Assembly (NCBI RefSeq): GCF_009914755.1
Contig: NC_060939.1
Direction: 5' to 3' (one strand)
Length of the DNA: 64,000 bases
DNA from: the human T2T-CHM13v2.0 reference genome, Homo sapiens
Below the pieces are notes generated by a model. That model ran no database searches. It had not been told where the DNA came from and was given only the letters and a program-made list of their open reading frames with translations. Shown piece after piece: positions 28,765 to 41,300 of the stretch (position 1 is its first letter; the number at the start of each line of letters is the position of its first letter). A program made the translations under genes and the position numbers.

Positions 28765-28872
28765 TCCCACCATGGCCTGAACTACTGTTTCAGGTTTACT
28801 TTAGAATGCCCTGGGCTGAGAGGAGGGGTCCATGCAGTTAGTTGGGGGGCTTAGAATTTTATTTTTGGTTTG
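28765..28872 (-). mobile_element. MER4-group ERV1 LTR 5' fragment
   Basis: Reverse complement reads aaaccaaaaataaaattctaagccccccaac. Confidence 0.6.
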
Positions 28873-28874
28873 TG

Positions 28875-29090
28875 CTAGACAAAGGGATAATTCATATTCT
28901 GTTGGAGTGGGAAAGTGTAAGATTTCACCATGCTACTCAGACGCTACTAAGAATGGCACACAATTTAAAACATATGAATTGTTTCTGGAATTTTCCATTT
29001 AATATTTCTGGACTCTGAGAAGTCTTCCCTTATCTGTAGTTTCACTTTCTGGGGATTCAGTTACCCTTGGTTAACCAAGATCCAAACATT
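28875..29090. mobile_element. MER44/Tigger7 end with inverted terminal segment
   Basis: caatttaaaacatatgaattgtttctggaattttccatttaata on minus, followed by cccttatctgtagtttcactttc...cagttaccc on plus. Confidence 0.65.
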
Positions 29091-29091
29091 T

Positions 29092-29365
29092 TTATGAAAT
29101 GTCCAAACTAGGCAAATGTGTAAAGACAGAAAGTAGATTAGTGGTTACCTAGAGTTGGGTAGCGGGAGTAGATGGAAGAAGGGGGTATGACCACTAGGGA
29201 TATGGGGTTTTTGGAGGAAGGGGTAATGAAAATATTATAAAATTGCTTGTGGTAATTTGATGGTTGCACAGCTCTTACGAATATACTAAAAACCATTGAA
29301 TTGTGTATTTTAAATAGGTGAATTATAGGGTATATGAATTTTATCTCAATAAAGCTGTTATAAAA
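29092..29365 (+). mobile_element. L1MB/ME-type 3' end
   Basis: acagaaagtagattagtggttacc ... ttatctcaataaagctgtt. Confidence 0.8.
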
Positions 29366-29379
29366 GAAGTGAGTTACCT

Positions 29380-31745
29380 ATGCTTAGTGATTTATGGCTC
29401 AAAAGGTTTTTCTCCATCACTAAAATGTCTGTGATTCATTCCTGTACATTGCTAATGAGAATGCTAATTAGTACAGCCCTTTTGGAAGGAACTTCGGCAG
29501 CATCTAACAGAACTGCATATGCATTTTCTTTTGATCCAGCAATTCCACTTCTGGGCATTCACCCTGAAGATTTGCTTCCAGCAATAAAATAATATGTATT
29601 ATTTGTAATTGCAAAATACAGTTATATCTAGGAGACAACCTAGTTGTCAGTACATAGGAAAGTGATTATATAAACTATGGTATAGCCACAAAATGCAGAT
29701 GTGAAAAAGAACAAGGAAACTTCTATGAATTGATAGTGATTTTAGGATTGTGTGATTAAGTACAGCAAACAAAGTGTAAAAGAGCATCTATACCACACTT
29801 CCTTAGGTAGTAAAGAAGCCAGGATAAGATAATATACATCTGTCTGCAAATGAGCCATAGAAAAGATAAGCCAGGAACCACAGACACAGTTAGTAGGTTT
29901 AGGGTAGAAATAATGAGGGATGGGAATCTGATGAAAGGAAATGGAGGAGGTTGTGACAGTACTGAGTATACCTTTGTATATAGTTCTAACTTGGAACCAC
30001 GTTAATGTTTCTCATACTTAAAAAAATCACAGAGAAGAATCAAAATAGACTAAAGCAGAGACAAATGAACTCATCTGTATTTCAAATGAGTAACATAGTT
30101 ATGGAGGGGAGGGGAACAGACTAACAGAACTTTTGAACACAGTGTTTGGACTATATAGCTTCAGGACTGAAGACAAAAGTAACTTTAAAAAATATTGAAC
30201 TCTAGTTTTTAGGCTTTCCGTTTTCCTGGAGAGCTATGGGCTAGCAAACCAAAACTATGTTCTGTGGTATACCAGGATTGAGCAAATAGGTAAATATTTT
30301 ATGGGTAATAGAAGCCAGGTTTTTGTTGGAGGAGGGAGTTTTAAAAGTAGAAAGGGAGAAGACTCGAAGGAAGAGATCCTGTAATCTTCCACTAGAGTTC
30401 ATAGTATCAATGTAAACTCATTTCCCTCCCGCCTCCCTCCCTCCCATCTGTCAGTCGATCAACAATCAAAATAGTTATAGATGAGACAGGTGTGTACATA
30501 TATGAATGTGTATGTATGAGTATGTATGCATGTGTATACATTAATTTATTTCCAAGCTGTATCTGGTAAGAGGTACATACAAAGCATTGACATCTGAGAA
30601 AGTCAGGAGTGCTCAAAGAATAATAGGGATGAGCAAAAGGGCACAGGATATTTGTAGGACTCCCACTGGCCTTATCTGTGCTACTGTCAGCATCAAAATA
30701 AATAATAATAGTGATGGCTTATAACATTAATAAAATAAGAATCTATGAGTACATACAGATGTAAATAGATGAAGAGGGCAATGTTCCTCTTTTGTAGTCG
30801 AATAACAACTAATGTATATAAAAGGAACAATAGATTTAGAAAATCACCATTTGGCAACCATTATGGTAATAAGTGATTCATGCATTGGTTAGTAATTGAT
30901 TAATGGATGTTAAAAACTACCAAAGTGAAAGTTTGATGAGTAACAAGATACTTACATAGATAGATTGAAGATACTGCCTCACAAGATACTATTTCCAGAG
31001 AGAAAGTTGTAACTTTACAGTGGAGAAATTTTGCTGACAGGATTGTAACCATGTGATTAAAGTTTTATCACCAGTAAAGGGACAAGTTGACAAGTGTCTC
31101 CTGATATAGAGCACTGAGAAGACACCATCACTTTTGTGTTATTCCTGCCAAAAATCTAAAACCTGAATCTAATCATGAGAATGAGACAGGCTCACGTTAA
31201 AGGTCATTCTACAAGATAACTGAGAAGTACTCTTCAAGTATGTCAATATCATGAAAGACAAAAATTTAGGAATTACTCAGATTAAAGATGCCACAAATAA
31301 GTGCGTTCAGTGTTCGTGGCTTTTCTTTTCCTGTGAAGGACATTATTGGGACAATTGGTAAAATCTCAATAAGGCCTGTATATTAAATGGTAGTATTGTT
31401 TTGGTGTTAAGTTTTAAGTTTCCTGATTTTGAAAATTGTATTTTGATTTTAAGAAAATATTCTTTTTAGGAAACACACTGAAATATATAGAGTAATAAAG
31501 TATCATGTCTGAAACTTCCTCTCAGATGGTTCAGAAAACATATGCAGGTAGACAGGAAAACAGAGAGGAAAAAATGGTTATAGCAAATGTGATTCTTTGA
31601 AAAAGAACAGGATAAAGTAATTGTGGTAAAATGTTACCACATGTGGGATTTAGGTGAAGACTCTATGGGGATTCTTTGTGCTAGTCTTGCAGCTTTTCTG
31701 TACTCTTGCAAATTATGTCAAAATAAAATTTTAAAAATAAAAAGA
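29380..31745 (+). mobile_element. L1MC/MD-type ORF2 end and long 3'UTR
   Basis: [12 protein letters not shown]-like ORF2 relic at about 29530; 3'UTR motifs; A-rich end. Confidence 0.65.
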
Positions 31746-33104
31746 TACTTTACAGAAGGTTTAATGAAACTGCATATGTTTTTGAGAGAAGGAAGAATAA
31801 CAAAATTATTAAATATCCACTTTGTTAGATTCTTTGAGAGATACTGTGCAAAGTACTTCTGTGTACTTTAGTATTTACAACAATCCTGCTTTAATATTTA
31901 CAGCAATCCTAGAGGTTAGATACTAGTTTGTAAGTTTTTATATAGGAGGAAAGTAAGAAACAAATGGGTTGGAAGACTGGTCTGTAGTTGAAAAAGTAAT
32001 GAGGCAGAGTTAGGATTCCAGCCCTAAATTGTTTGACAACTAATTTCGTATTTTTTTTTCTCTACCAACCTTTTACTTAGATCCGCTTTCTAAGTGATTT
32101 TTATGAAAAAGTTTTATCATTGGTTAAATTTGTGTGGTAAGGCATTACCAAAAAATTCATTTAGAAGCTATCTTTGCTTTTGTAGTTAAGCCATTTACAG
32201 AATGTATTTGTTTAATACATTTTAAAAAATCATTAGCCATGTGGCTCTTGAGTTTCGAATAGTGGACCTCCTTAAAATATATTTGGTTTAATTTTATAAA
32301 TGTTTTCCCATCATTTTCTTTAATGAAAACATTTGCAATATTCATAAAATGTTAGTAAGGGACAATATATAGCAAACATTTTTAGCTTATGTACAAAGGG
32401 CAACAACATGTTTATAGTATCTTTTGTGATTAGTAGATTAAGTTCATTTTGACATTGGAATTTATGTACTGGCATTTGGCTTATGGCCATGATCTAATAA
32501 TAAGGGTATGGTAACAGGTCTTTAAAATATTAGTAATCAAAATGCTTTTATCTGTAGCTGACAAAATGTAGTCTAAAGCAAGAATTAAAGCCATATTAGA
32601 GTGATTGAATTTGCTGTTAAACCTTGCATTTAAAATAGTTAATGATAAACTTTCTATACAATGGCATTCCTGTACTTTGAGAAGGAAAATATCTGTGAAT
32701 GATGGGTCTTTTAATGATTGTTAATAACTAGCCACATAATGATTGAAATTTCTTTTAGCAATTTCAAATTATTAGAATCTCATTATTCTAAAAAAATGAA
32801 TTTACCTAATAAAGCCTGCCTAGCTGTATTATCTGTGTGAATATGTTAAAAAATAAAATATGCCAGTAGCTAAGCATATGCTAAAAACTAGGGGTTTTTT
32901 TTGTTTGTTTGTTTTTTGTTTGTTTCCTGCTATTTAATGTGAGGCACTGCTAAACTTTTATATCAGACAACCAACAGATAGCCAATTACAAGTAATAATT
33001 TTAATAAAACTTTAGGTTTTAAAAGTCAAATTTTCTTTGTATCTAAATTGAGCTTCCTACGTATTTATCGCTAAATATAATCAGATACTTGGGCAAATGG
33101 CTGG

Positions 33105-34180
33105 TTTTATATCTGAGGCAAGAAATGTACAAGAGAAACATGGAACATCTTGTCACACTAGATAATAGGAAGCTTCAAACACTACTGGGCTTTTGCAGAA
33201 GGACTCAGGGTCCAATTTGAAAAACTAATAGCTTGGCTAAAAATGGGACAACTTGAGCAGGAATAAAGATGATGTTTGCAATGGATTGAGCCACACCGTA
33301 TATGTTTAAATGGATGAGTTCATAATGACTCTTTATAAGATCACTAGTTACACTGGTGGAGGATGCTAATGAAACAGTCATTTTTTTTTAAAGTGGAAAA
33401 TGGAAGGAAAGAATTGAGCATTCATTCTGTCTTTTCTATAAGAACTGTACCGTTGGACAACTAAATAGTAGATAAAAGGAAGTTTCTTTTTTTTTTTTTT
33501 TTTTTTTTTTGAGATGGAGTCTTGCTCTGTCACCCAGGCTAGCGTGCCGTGGTGCAATTTCGGCTCACTGCAACCTCTGACTTCCGGGTTCACGCCATTC
33601 TCCTGCCTCAGCCTCCCAAGTAGCTGGAAGTACAGGCGGCCGCTACCACGCCTGGCTAATTTTTTTTTTTAAATATTTTTAGTAGAGATGGGGTTTCACC
33701 ATGTTAGCCAGGATGGTCTCGATCTCCTGACCTCGTCATCCGCCCGCCTCGGCCTCCCAAAGTGCTGGGAGGAAGTTTCTTTTTATAGAACTATTACAGC
33801 TAATACATGAGGAAGGAATTATAAAATTATAATGTTACAAATTTGTATTTAAGCCCTAATAAATCAATGAATCTAGGCATTGAGCATCATGAATACTAAT
33901 ATTACCAGAAGACAGCCAGACACATTTGCTTCCTGATGTAAGACAGTACCACGTGTGAAGTGGTCTCTCCCACCCAGACAGTTGAATCTTAATCAGATCA
34001 AACATCTAAATTCACCTAGTAACTTAAGGGAAATACTGAAGATGAAAATAGTAAAGAATAGCAAGGAGATACAACTTTGCTGTTAGTAGCAAGAAAAATT
34101 GAGATTGTGGGACACTGTATAGCACAGACAACTAGTTTCTTCCTCCCTCCACAAAATCTCAAGGAAAAAATGTGAGGGGA
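33105..34180 (+). mobile_element. L1MC-type 3'UTR relic split by AluY
   Basis: tgaggcaagaaatgtacaag...catggaacatcttgtca. Confidence 0.5.
33487..33769 (-). mobile_element. AluY-like, slightly 5'-truncated
   Basis: cacgccattctcc and ggatggtctcgatctcc; perfect TSD aggaagtttcttttt. Confidence 0.95.
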
Positions 34181-34182
34181 CA

Positions 34183-34340
34183 TATTTTAAAATTTTAATT
34201 AATTAAAATAAAAATTTAGATCCTCATTTGCACTAGCCACATTTCAAGTGCTCAATAGCTATATGTATCTAGTGGCTACCATATTGGACAGTGCTGATTT
34301 AGAACATTTCCATCTTTGCAGAAGGTTATATTGAGCAGTT
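34183..34340 (+). mobile_element. MER33 3' part
   Basis: ctagccacatttcaagtgctcaatagc...gtggctaccatattggacag. Confidence 0.75.
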
Positions 34341-34341
34341 A

Positions 34342-34460
34342 CATTAGTTTCTTAAGGCTGCCATAACAAATTACTACAAAATGGGTGACTTAAAATAACA
34401 AATTTGTTCCCTGACGCTTTTGGAGGACAGAAGTTCAAAATCAAGATGTTGCAAGGTACT
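34342..34460 (-). mobile_element. MLT1 MaLR LTR fragment
   Basis: attagtttcttaaggctgccataacaaattac...aaatcaagatgttg. Confidence 0.7.
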
Positions 34461-34512
34461 GGCAGGACATATGGGGGAAAATTTTTTTGTTTGTTTGTTT
34501 TTTTAAATAAAA

Positions 34513-34770
34513 GGCCAGGTGTGGTGGCTTATGCCTGTAATCCTAGCACTTTGGGAGGCCGAGGTGGGCGGATTGCTTGAGTCCAGGAGTTCGAGACCAG
34601 CCTTGGCAACGTGGCAGAATCCCGTCTCTACTAAAAATATAACAAGTAGCCAAGAGTGATGGCATGTGCCTGTAATCCCAGCTACTCGGAAGGCTGAGAC
34701 AGAGGTTGAGGTCTCAGTGAGCTAGAGGTTGCTGTGAGCCAAGATCATGCCACTGCCCTCCACTCTGAAC
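34513..34770 (+). mobile_element. Alu (J/S-type) with rearranged right arm and no poly-A tail
   Basis: ggccaggtgtggtggct...; duplicated gaggttg...gtgagc. Confidence 0.85.
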
Positions 34771-34806
34771 GGAATTAGAAAACAGTTAATTTAAAAATTC
34801 GATATT

Positions 34807-34896
34807 CTGTGTGTGTGTGTGTGTGTGTATGTGTGGAGAGAGAGAGACACACACACACAGAGAGGTGGAGACAGCGTTTGTAGCTTTGTGTGTGTG
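34807..34896. repeat. (TG)n-(GA)n-(CA)n compound microsatellite
   Basis: Directly visible. Confidence 0.85.
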
Positions 34897-35063
34897 TTTT
34901 GGCTGTTGAAATTGTTTTGAATCCAGTATTTTTGAGCTGAAGTTTGTAAAATTCAACAAAAGGAAAAAGTAATCTGTTTTTGGCAATTGAGTATTGGCTA
35001 AACGTTAGAAATGTGTTTGTTCATGTTTTTAATATCTTATGTATACTGATGTTAGGATACTTC

Positions 35064-35250
35064 TATAGAGCTTCTCAAATTGTAGCACATATCAGAATCA
35101 CCTGGAGGATTTTTAAAAACAGACTGCTTGACTTCATCCTCAGAGTTTTCAACTTACTGGCTTGGAGATAGGGCAGACAGAATTTGCATTTCTAACAGGT
35201 TCATATGATCTGATGCTACTGGTTGCGGGACCACTCTTTGACAACCGCTG
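35064..35250 (+). mobile_element. MER5A
   Basis: ttctcaaa...atcagaatcacctggagg...aatttgcatttctaacagg...gggaccactctttga. Confidence 0.8.
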
Positions 35251-35484
35251 CACAATAATTAAAAAAATTAAAAAAGATAAAATATGTACGGTAACAAAGA
35301 TCTGTCTTCGATGCATGAAGAAGCTATTCTCATAAATGTATATTAAAGAGCATGCATTTGTCTGTTAGAGAATCATTTGGAACCTTATGTCTTGTGTTTG
35401 TAACTTGCACAGCTTCAATACTGCAATGATCATTTCTACTTTTCTCTGAACAAAACTCGGTTCATTGTACTGTATCGAGTAGTA

Positions 35485-35790
35485 GTAGTATGTACATGGA
35501 TGAGAGAAGTTCAGAGTTAGTGAAAATAGTGAAAAGAATACATAATATAAAGAAAAACCGTGATTCCACTAATAGTTATCCAGACAAAACAATAAATTTT
35601 TAGGGAAATGTGTTTGCCAGAATTGTTTTAAATTGTAGTATTAATATTTATATGAACGAGAATGAAGTTCAGAGTTAGTGAAAATAGTGAAAAGAATATG
35701 TAATATAAAGAAAAATCATGATTCCACTAATAGAGAGTTACCCAGACAAAACAATACATTTTTAGGGAAACGTATTTGCCAGAATTGTTT
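35485..35790. repeat. Tandem duplication of about 158 bp (2 copies)
   Basis: gaagttcagagttagtgaaaatagtgaaaagaata at 35506 and 35664. Confidence 0.95.
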
Positions 35791-35976
35791 CAAAAAGCAA
35801 GGGATGATAAAAACTAAATTCAGCATTGTGGTTACTCCTCCAGGAGAGAATATTTTTATTCCATTATTTGTCTATACCTCACATACATGATACAAATAAT
35901 TCTTTTGTTTTTAGTAGTCAATAAGAATAGTTAAATACTAAAGCAAAATACTCTTATTTCCTTGATAGAAAAATAT

Positions 35977-36102
35977 CTTATGAAGAATGAAAGCTCTCTT
36001 TGGCTCTTTAGTGGGGCCTACTATCCCTTAGGCCAGATATTGCTGGCCTAAGTATTCAGCAGGCCCAACTAAAAAGCCCAAGGGAGCTTTATTCTTCATA
36101 AG
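35977..36102. repeat. Long inverted repeat (60-bp arms, 6-nt loop)
   Basis: cttatgaagaat...cttaggccag / atattg / ctggcctaag...attcttcataag. Confidence 0.95.
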
Positions 36103-36109
36103 AAATTCT

Positions 36110-36262
36110 AAAGATAGAATTTCTGCAATGATGGGAAATTTTCTTTTTAATTTGTCTTGTCAAATGTGGCTGTGACTGAGCAACTGAATTTTTAATTTTA
36201 ATTATGTAGTTTTAATTGTGTAAAATGTGCTGGTGGCTACCTCATTGGACAGCACAACTCTA
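36110..36262. mobile_element. MER3-like fragment
   Basis: ttctgcaatgatgg...actgagcaactgaatttttaatttt...gtggctacctcattggacagc. Confidence 0.55.
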
Positions 36263-37336
36263 GGCAGTTTAGAACATAGCTTATCACTTGAGTTATTTAG
36301 TCTGTTAATTCTTTTATAGAACATGCAGTGTTTGGATGGCCGACATTTTGCTTAGGTCACTCATTTTTGTTTTCTTGTTTACTTTGACTCATACCTTTGT
36401 TTCTTATGTTTAACAGGAAGTTTGATTTACTTTCTTATGCTTTACATTCTGAAAATTGAGTCTTTAGGATAAGAAGCTACTGGACAAAGTTTATTGTCAA
36501 CAGTAATATGTACCCATAATGTTATTTGAAATTTTCATAAAATCATGTTTTTTTGGTCAGTTTTTAAATTACTTTTCATCTTTTCATTGACTTTATTTAA
36601 AATATCTCTCCCATTGACTTTCCTGAGCCCCCAAACAAAATTATTTTTATTTAATTTAGTCTATACCTTGAGTCATTCAGTAAATATTACTTGCTTGTTG
36701 TGAACCATGCATTCCTGAGAGATGGGCAATGATAGTAGAAATAGATCCTGACTTATGATATGCTTATAAACTATGGAAGGCAAACATTCTGTTGTAGCAT
36801 GTTTGAAAGTGTTTTTAGGAAGCAGAATGTGTCTGAGAGAAACACGTTGAATGGTCATATAATAGTTAAAGAAATACAGTAAGAGAGTATGTGAATCAGA
36901 AGGGGCCAATGAAAAATGTTTATAGATTTTTAGTATTGCTTTCCTTAGAAGAAAAAAATTACAGATTTCTACCTTGTATGTTCTTTATTTGGTCACTTGA
37001 TGGTCAAGGAGATTGTGCATCAAAGTTCTTAGCAGTATTATTCCTGCTATCTAAATGTTGTGAATTCTTAATGTATGACTTCTGTGACCTGTACCCTGAA
37101 AATCTTCATTACTTGTATTCATTTGCAGAAGTTTTATTGGATACTCTGTGTAATGTAACTGAAAATTTCCTGTTAATCGTAACAGTGGATTTGTGTCTGT
37201 ATTGTATTTCCTTAGTATGTCCAGCTTTGAAGGCCAGGTCCAGAATGTAGAATAGATGAAGCTATTATAGATTTATATCCTCATAGTTTACATATGTATC
37301 AGCCATTGTTCATTTATAAGTCAAGATTTTTGTTTT

Positions 37337-37525
37337 GGCTGAGCACGGTGGCTCATGCTTGTAATCCCAACATTTTGGGAGGCCTAGATGAGACGATTTC
37401 TTGAGGCCAGGAGTTGGAGACCAGCCTGGTCAACATAAAGAGACTGTCTACCAAAAAAACAAATTATTTTTTAAATTAGCTGGGGGTAGTGGCATGCCCT
37501 TCCGTCTCAGGCTTCCAGTTAGCTT
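37337..37525 (+). mobile_element. 3'-truncated AluJ
   Basis: Left arm plus the start of the right arm only. Confidence 0.85.
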
Positions 37526-37852
37526 GGATGTTGAAATTTAATTGCTGTTGTAACAGTATTAACAGGTGGGACCTTAAAGATGTTATTAGGCCATGGATGG
37601 GATTAATGCCATTATAAAAGGGTGAGTTTGGCCCCCTTTTGGTTCTTGCCCTTCTGTCCTCTGCCGTGTAAGAATCCGGGCAGTGTGCAGAGTGCAATCT
37701 TGGAAGAAGAGGATGGCCCCACAATACATTGAGGCTGCTGGCGCCCTTACTGTAGACTTTTCAGCCTCCAGAACTGTGAGCTAGTAAATTTCTGTTTATA
37801 AATTACCCAGTCTCTGGCATTTTGTTGTTGTAGTACAAAACAGACTAAGGCA
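37526..37852 (+). mobile_element. 5'-truncated MST-type LTR
   Basis: atgttgaaatttaattg ... aaacagactaaggca. Confidence 0.75.
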
Positions 37853-38435
37853 CTTTGCTCATGCTGCGCCTGCTGTTCATAGTCTTTATCTGACACCTTA
37901 GACTTAGCATTTCCTCAACTCCCATGTTTTACTCCCACTACTGTGACAGCCAGATCAGTTGTCATGTCATCTGTGCACACAGCCTCCAATTTCAGTTGTC
38001 TTCTCTTTTCCTGCAGGATTTTGTTCATTCTGCTAGTCATGTTTGGCTGTTTACTCATGTGGCTCTCTTCTCTCAGATTTGTGCTTTCCGTGAAGATAGA
38101 TATTATTTGTATGTTTATTTGGGATGCCTAGCATAACACTGGACATGCAGTAGATAGTTGTTGGATAAATTATTGAATCACCTAAATTCTCAATACTCAA
38201 GACTAGAGGTTGATATTTGACATTTATGGAAGATTAGGTAATCACTTTCATAGATTTATTTAGGTTTAGAGCAGGAAGCCTCATATTTCTGCATTTTCAA
38301 CAATAAATTCCGGACTAATGATGATTTATCTAACAACATGAACTTGTAATAGTCATGTGGGGGACACTACATTTATCAGAGGCTACTGAAATAATAATCT
38401 TGCTTCAGGAGAGTCTTTACTGAAAGTTTACTATA

Positions 38436-38844
38436 TATCTTGGTTTGTTATGTGCTGCTATAACAGAATACCGGAGACTGGGTAATTTATGAAGAACAGA
38501 AATGTATTCTTTCACAGTTCTGGCGGCTGCCAAGTCCAAGATCAAGGTATCAGTAGGTTTGATCTCTGGTTCTAAGAGATGTCTTGATGAAGCCATGCAT
38601 TGATGCCTCTTTGCTGTGTCCTCTGGAGAGAACGGATGTTGTGTCTTTATATGATGGAAGAGCAGAAGCAAGAGAACAAAACCACTTCTGCAAGCCCTTT
38701 TTATAGTGGTGTTAATCTGTTCATGAGGGTGGAACTCTTAAGACATAAACATCTCCTGTTAGGCCTCACTTCTCAACACTGTGGCATTGGGGATTAAGTT
38801 TCAACATGAGTTTTGGAGGGGCCAAAAACACTCAAACCATAACA
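38436..38844 (-). mobile_element. MST-type MaLR LTR
   Basis: gtgctgctataacagaatacc...gactgggtaatttat ... caaaccataaca. Confidence 0.8.
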
Positions 38845-38852
38845 CTTATATA

Positions 38853-39326
38853 CAATTGGTCTTTGAACAACATGGGGGTTAGAGGCTCTGACTCCCCACA
38901 CAGCAAAATCTCTGTATATAACTTTTGACTCCTCCAAAACTTAACTACGAATAGCCTTTTGTTGACCAGAAGTCTTACTGATAACATAAACAATTAATAC
39001 ATATTTTTCATGTTATATGTTTTATATGCTGTATTCTTACAATAAAATAAGCTAGACAAGTGCAAACATTAAGAGAATCATTGGGAAAGAAAATATATTT
39101 ACTAAGTGTAAGTGGATTCTCATAAAGATCTTCATCATTGTCTTCATGCTGAGGAAGAGGAGAGGTTGGTGTGGCTGTCTCGCAGAGGTGGAAGGGGCAG
39201 AAGAGGTGGGGAGATAGAATGGGAGGCAGGATAGGCAGGTACACTTGGTGTAGCTTTTATTGGGGGAAAAAAACACATGTGAGTGGACCCATGCAGTTCA
39301 AACTTGTGTTGTTCAAGGGTCAACTG
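38853..39326 (-). mobile_element. Tigger2a/MER28
   Basis: TIRs caattggtctttgaacaaca / tgttgttcaagggtcaactg; TA on the left side. Confidence 0.8.
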
Positions 39327-40708
39327 CAGCTTTTCTTGATTCTAAATTTAGATATAATTTACCAATTCATTCATTTAACATTTATTGACTGTCTACAAAG
39401 CTCCAGAGACTCAGGTAGGCTTTAGAGATAATAGTGGGGAGCAAGAAACACATAAGCTCTTGGGGCTTATTTTAAAAAAGAATAAAGTAGGTAAAGAGTG
39501 ACTGTGATGAATAATTCAAAACTCTAAAGTTTCTTTAGTTGATATGACTGAATTTAATTTTAGACAATCACATTTTATGTGTTTAATTAAGGTAATTAAA
39601 ATGCTCCAAACAAGGTTGAGAATTCTTACGCTTTTTAAAAATATAGGTAAATTCAAAATCTTTTAATTTTGATGGTGATTACATGTAATACAGATTTGCA
39701 GAAAAATCCATAATTATAGAATTGGTGCTGACTCACTTTCCAGTGACCTGATAACCGTCTGCATCATTTACCATTGTGAATGAATTACCCAAGTCAGTTT
39801 TCAGACAAATTTGCAGAATTAACCTTAGTAACTGTTGAACACATTGCTGCTTTAAACAACATATTGTTACATTTTTTAAAAGAAAAAAATTAAATTTGTA
39901 CCTTGATTCTGTAAACCATACTTTAATCTTTCAAGGAGGAAGAATGCGTTCTCTGTAGAAAATAGATTAAATAGAATCTTCTCTCCTAGTGATTTAAATT
40001 GGTTTAATTAAAAACAAATTCTATATCTGCAAGAGAAACAGTTGCTCATCTAATTCAAAAAGTAACTGCTAATTGAGAAGTCATTTATAGTCTGTCTTAC
40101 CATACATTATCTGATTTCCTTGTAGTAGATATACATTCTGAATTGCTTTTGAAGTAGCATCAGAGTAGGTAGTAAATATGTGGTAGGTGTTAGTTTGGGA
40201 TTAAAATATGTAACAATTCTGCAAATGAATTATATAAAATGGTCATATTGAGGGACTACACAGTATATGAAGGTCAGATGACATATTTGGAAGCACATTG
40301 AGAGAAACAAAATATTCTTACACAAGGTTGTTGTTAGAAATAGTAGTAGCAGTGAGAATATGGGACATTCTTAATGATTCAGAATTGCTGGCATGCCTAT
40401 TTTCTGTGAACCTTGATATGTATTCAACTCTGTCCTGTTACCTTTGTCTCCCGTAGTCATTCTTTGACTGCTGCTGCTGCCTGTAGTCCACTGTAAGCCT
40501 CTCTTGGCAAAAGAGAGATTGGTAACTATTAGAGAGAGAAGTTAAAGACATGAGCCTTATTGTGGCTTGTTTGCTTCCTTCCTTCTTTCCTTCCTTCCTT
40601 TCTCCTTTTGTGAATGGAACTGATAGAAGGTTGCATTTCTTTTTGCAAGAAAGCTGTAGAGGGAAAATAATTATATAAACCTGTTTTTTAAAATACAAAG
40701 ATATTACT

Positions 40709-41260
40709 GCACAGTTCTTTAGCCTCAAACCTTGAAATTGGATTTGCCTTGGAATCCAAAATATTCTGAATTTTAAAAACTGTATTAGTGGTAAATACTA
40801 TATATTATGTAACATTTCCTAGAGAGATCTATTGCAGAACCCTATAATCAAATATATCAGCAATTCTGAATTGAAAAATACTAATATGCATTTCAGTTCA
40901 GGTCAGGTTTTACCGTCAAATAAGTTATGTAAAACTTTAGTCTTTAGAACTTTGTGGATTTTAGGATTTTGTTCAAGGGGCTAGGCACGGTGGCTCAAAC
41001 CTGTAATCCCAGTGCTTTGGGAGGCCAAGGCAGGAGGATCAGTTGAGCCCAGGATTCAAGATCAGCCTGGGAAGCAAAATGAGACTCCGTTTCTACAAAA
41101 ATAAAAATGAAATCAGCCGGGTAGGGTGGCACATGCCTGTCATCCCAGTTACTTGGGAGGCTGAGGTGAGAGGATCACTTGAGCCCAGGAGGTCAAGGCT
41201 GCAGTAAACTATGATTGTGCCACTGCAATTCAGCCTAGGCAACTGAGTGAGACCCTGTCT

Positions 41261-41300
<40 letters not shown>

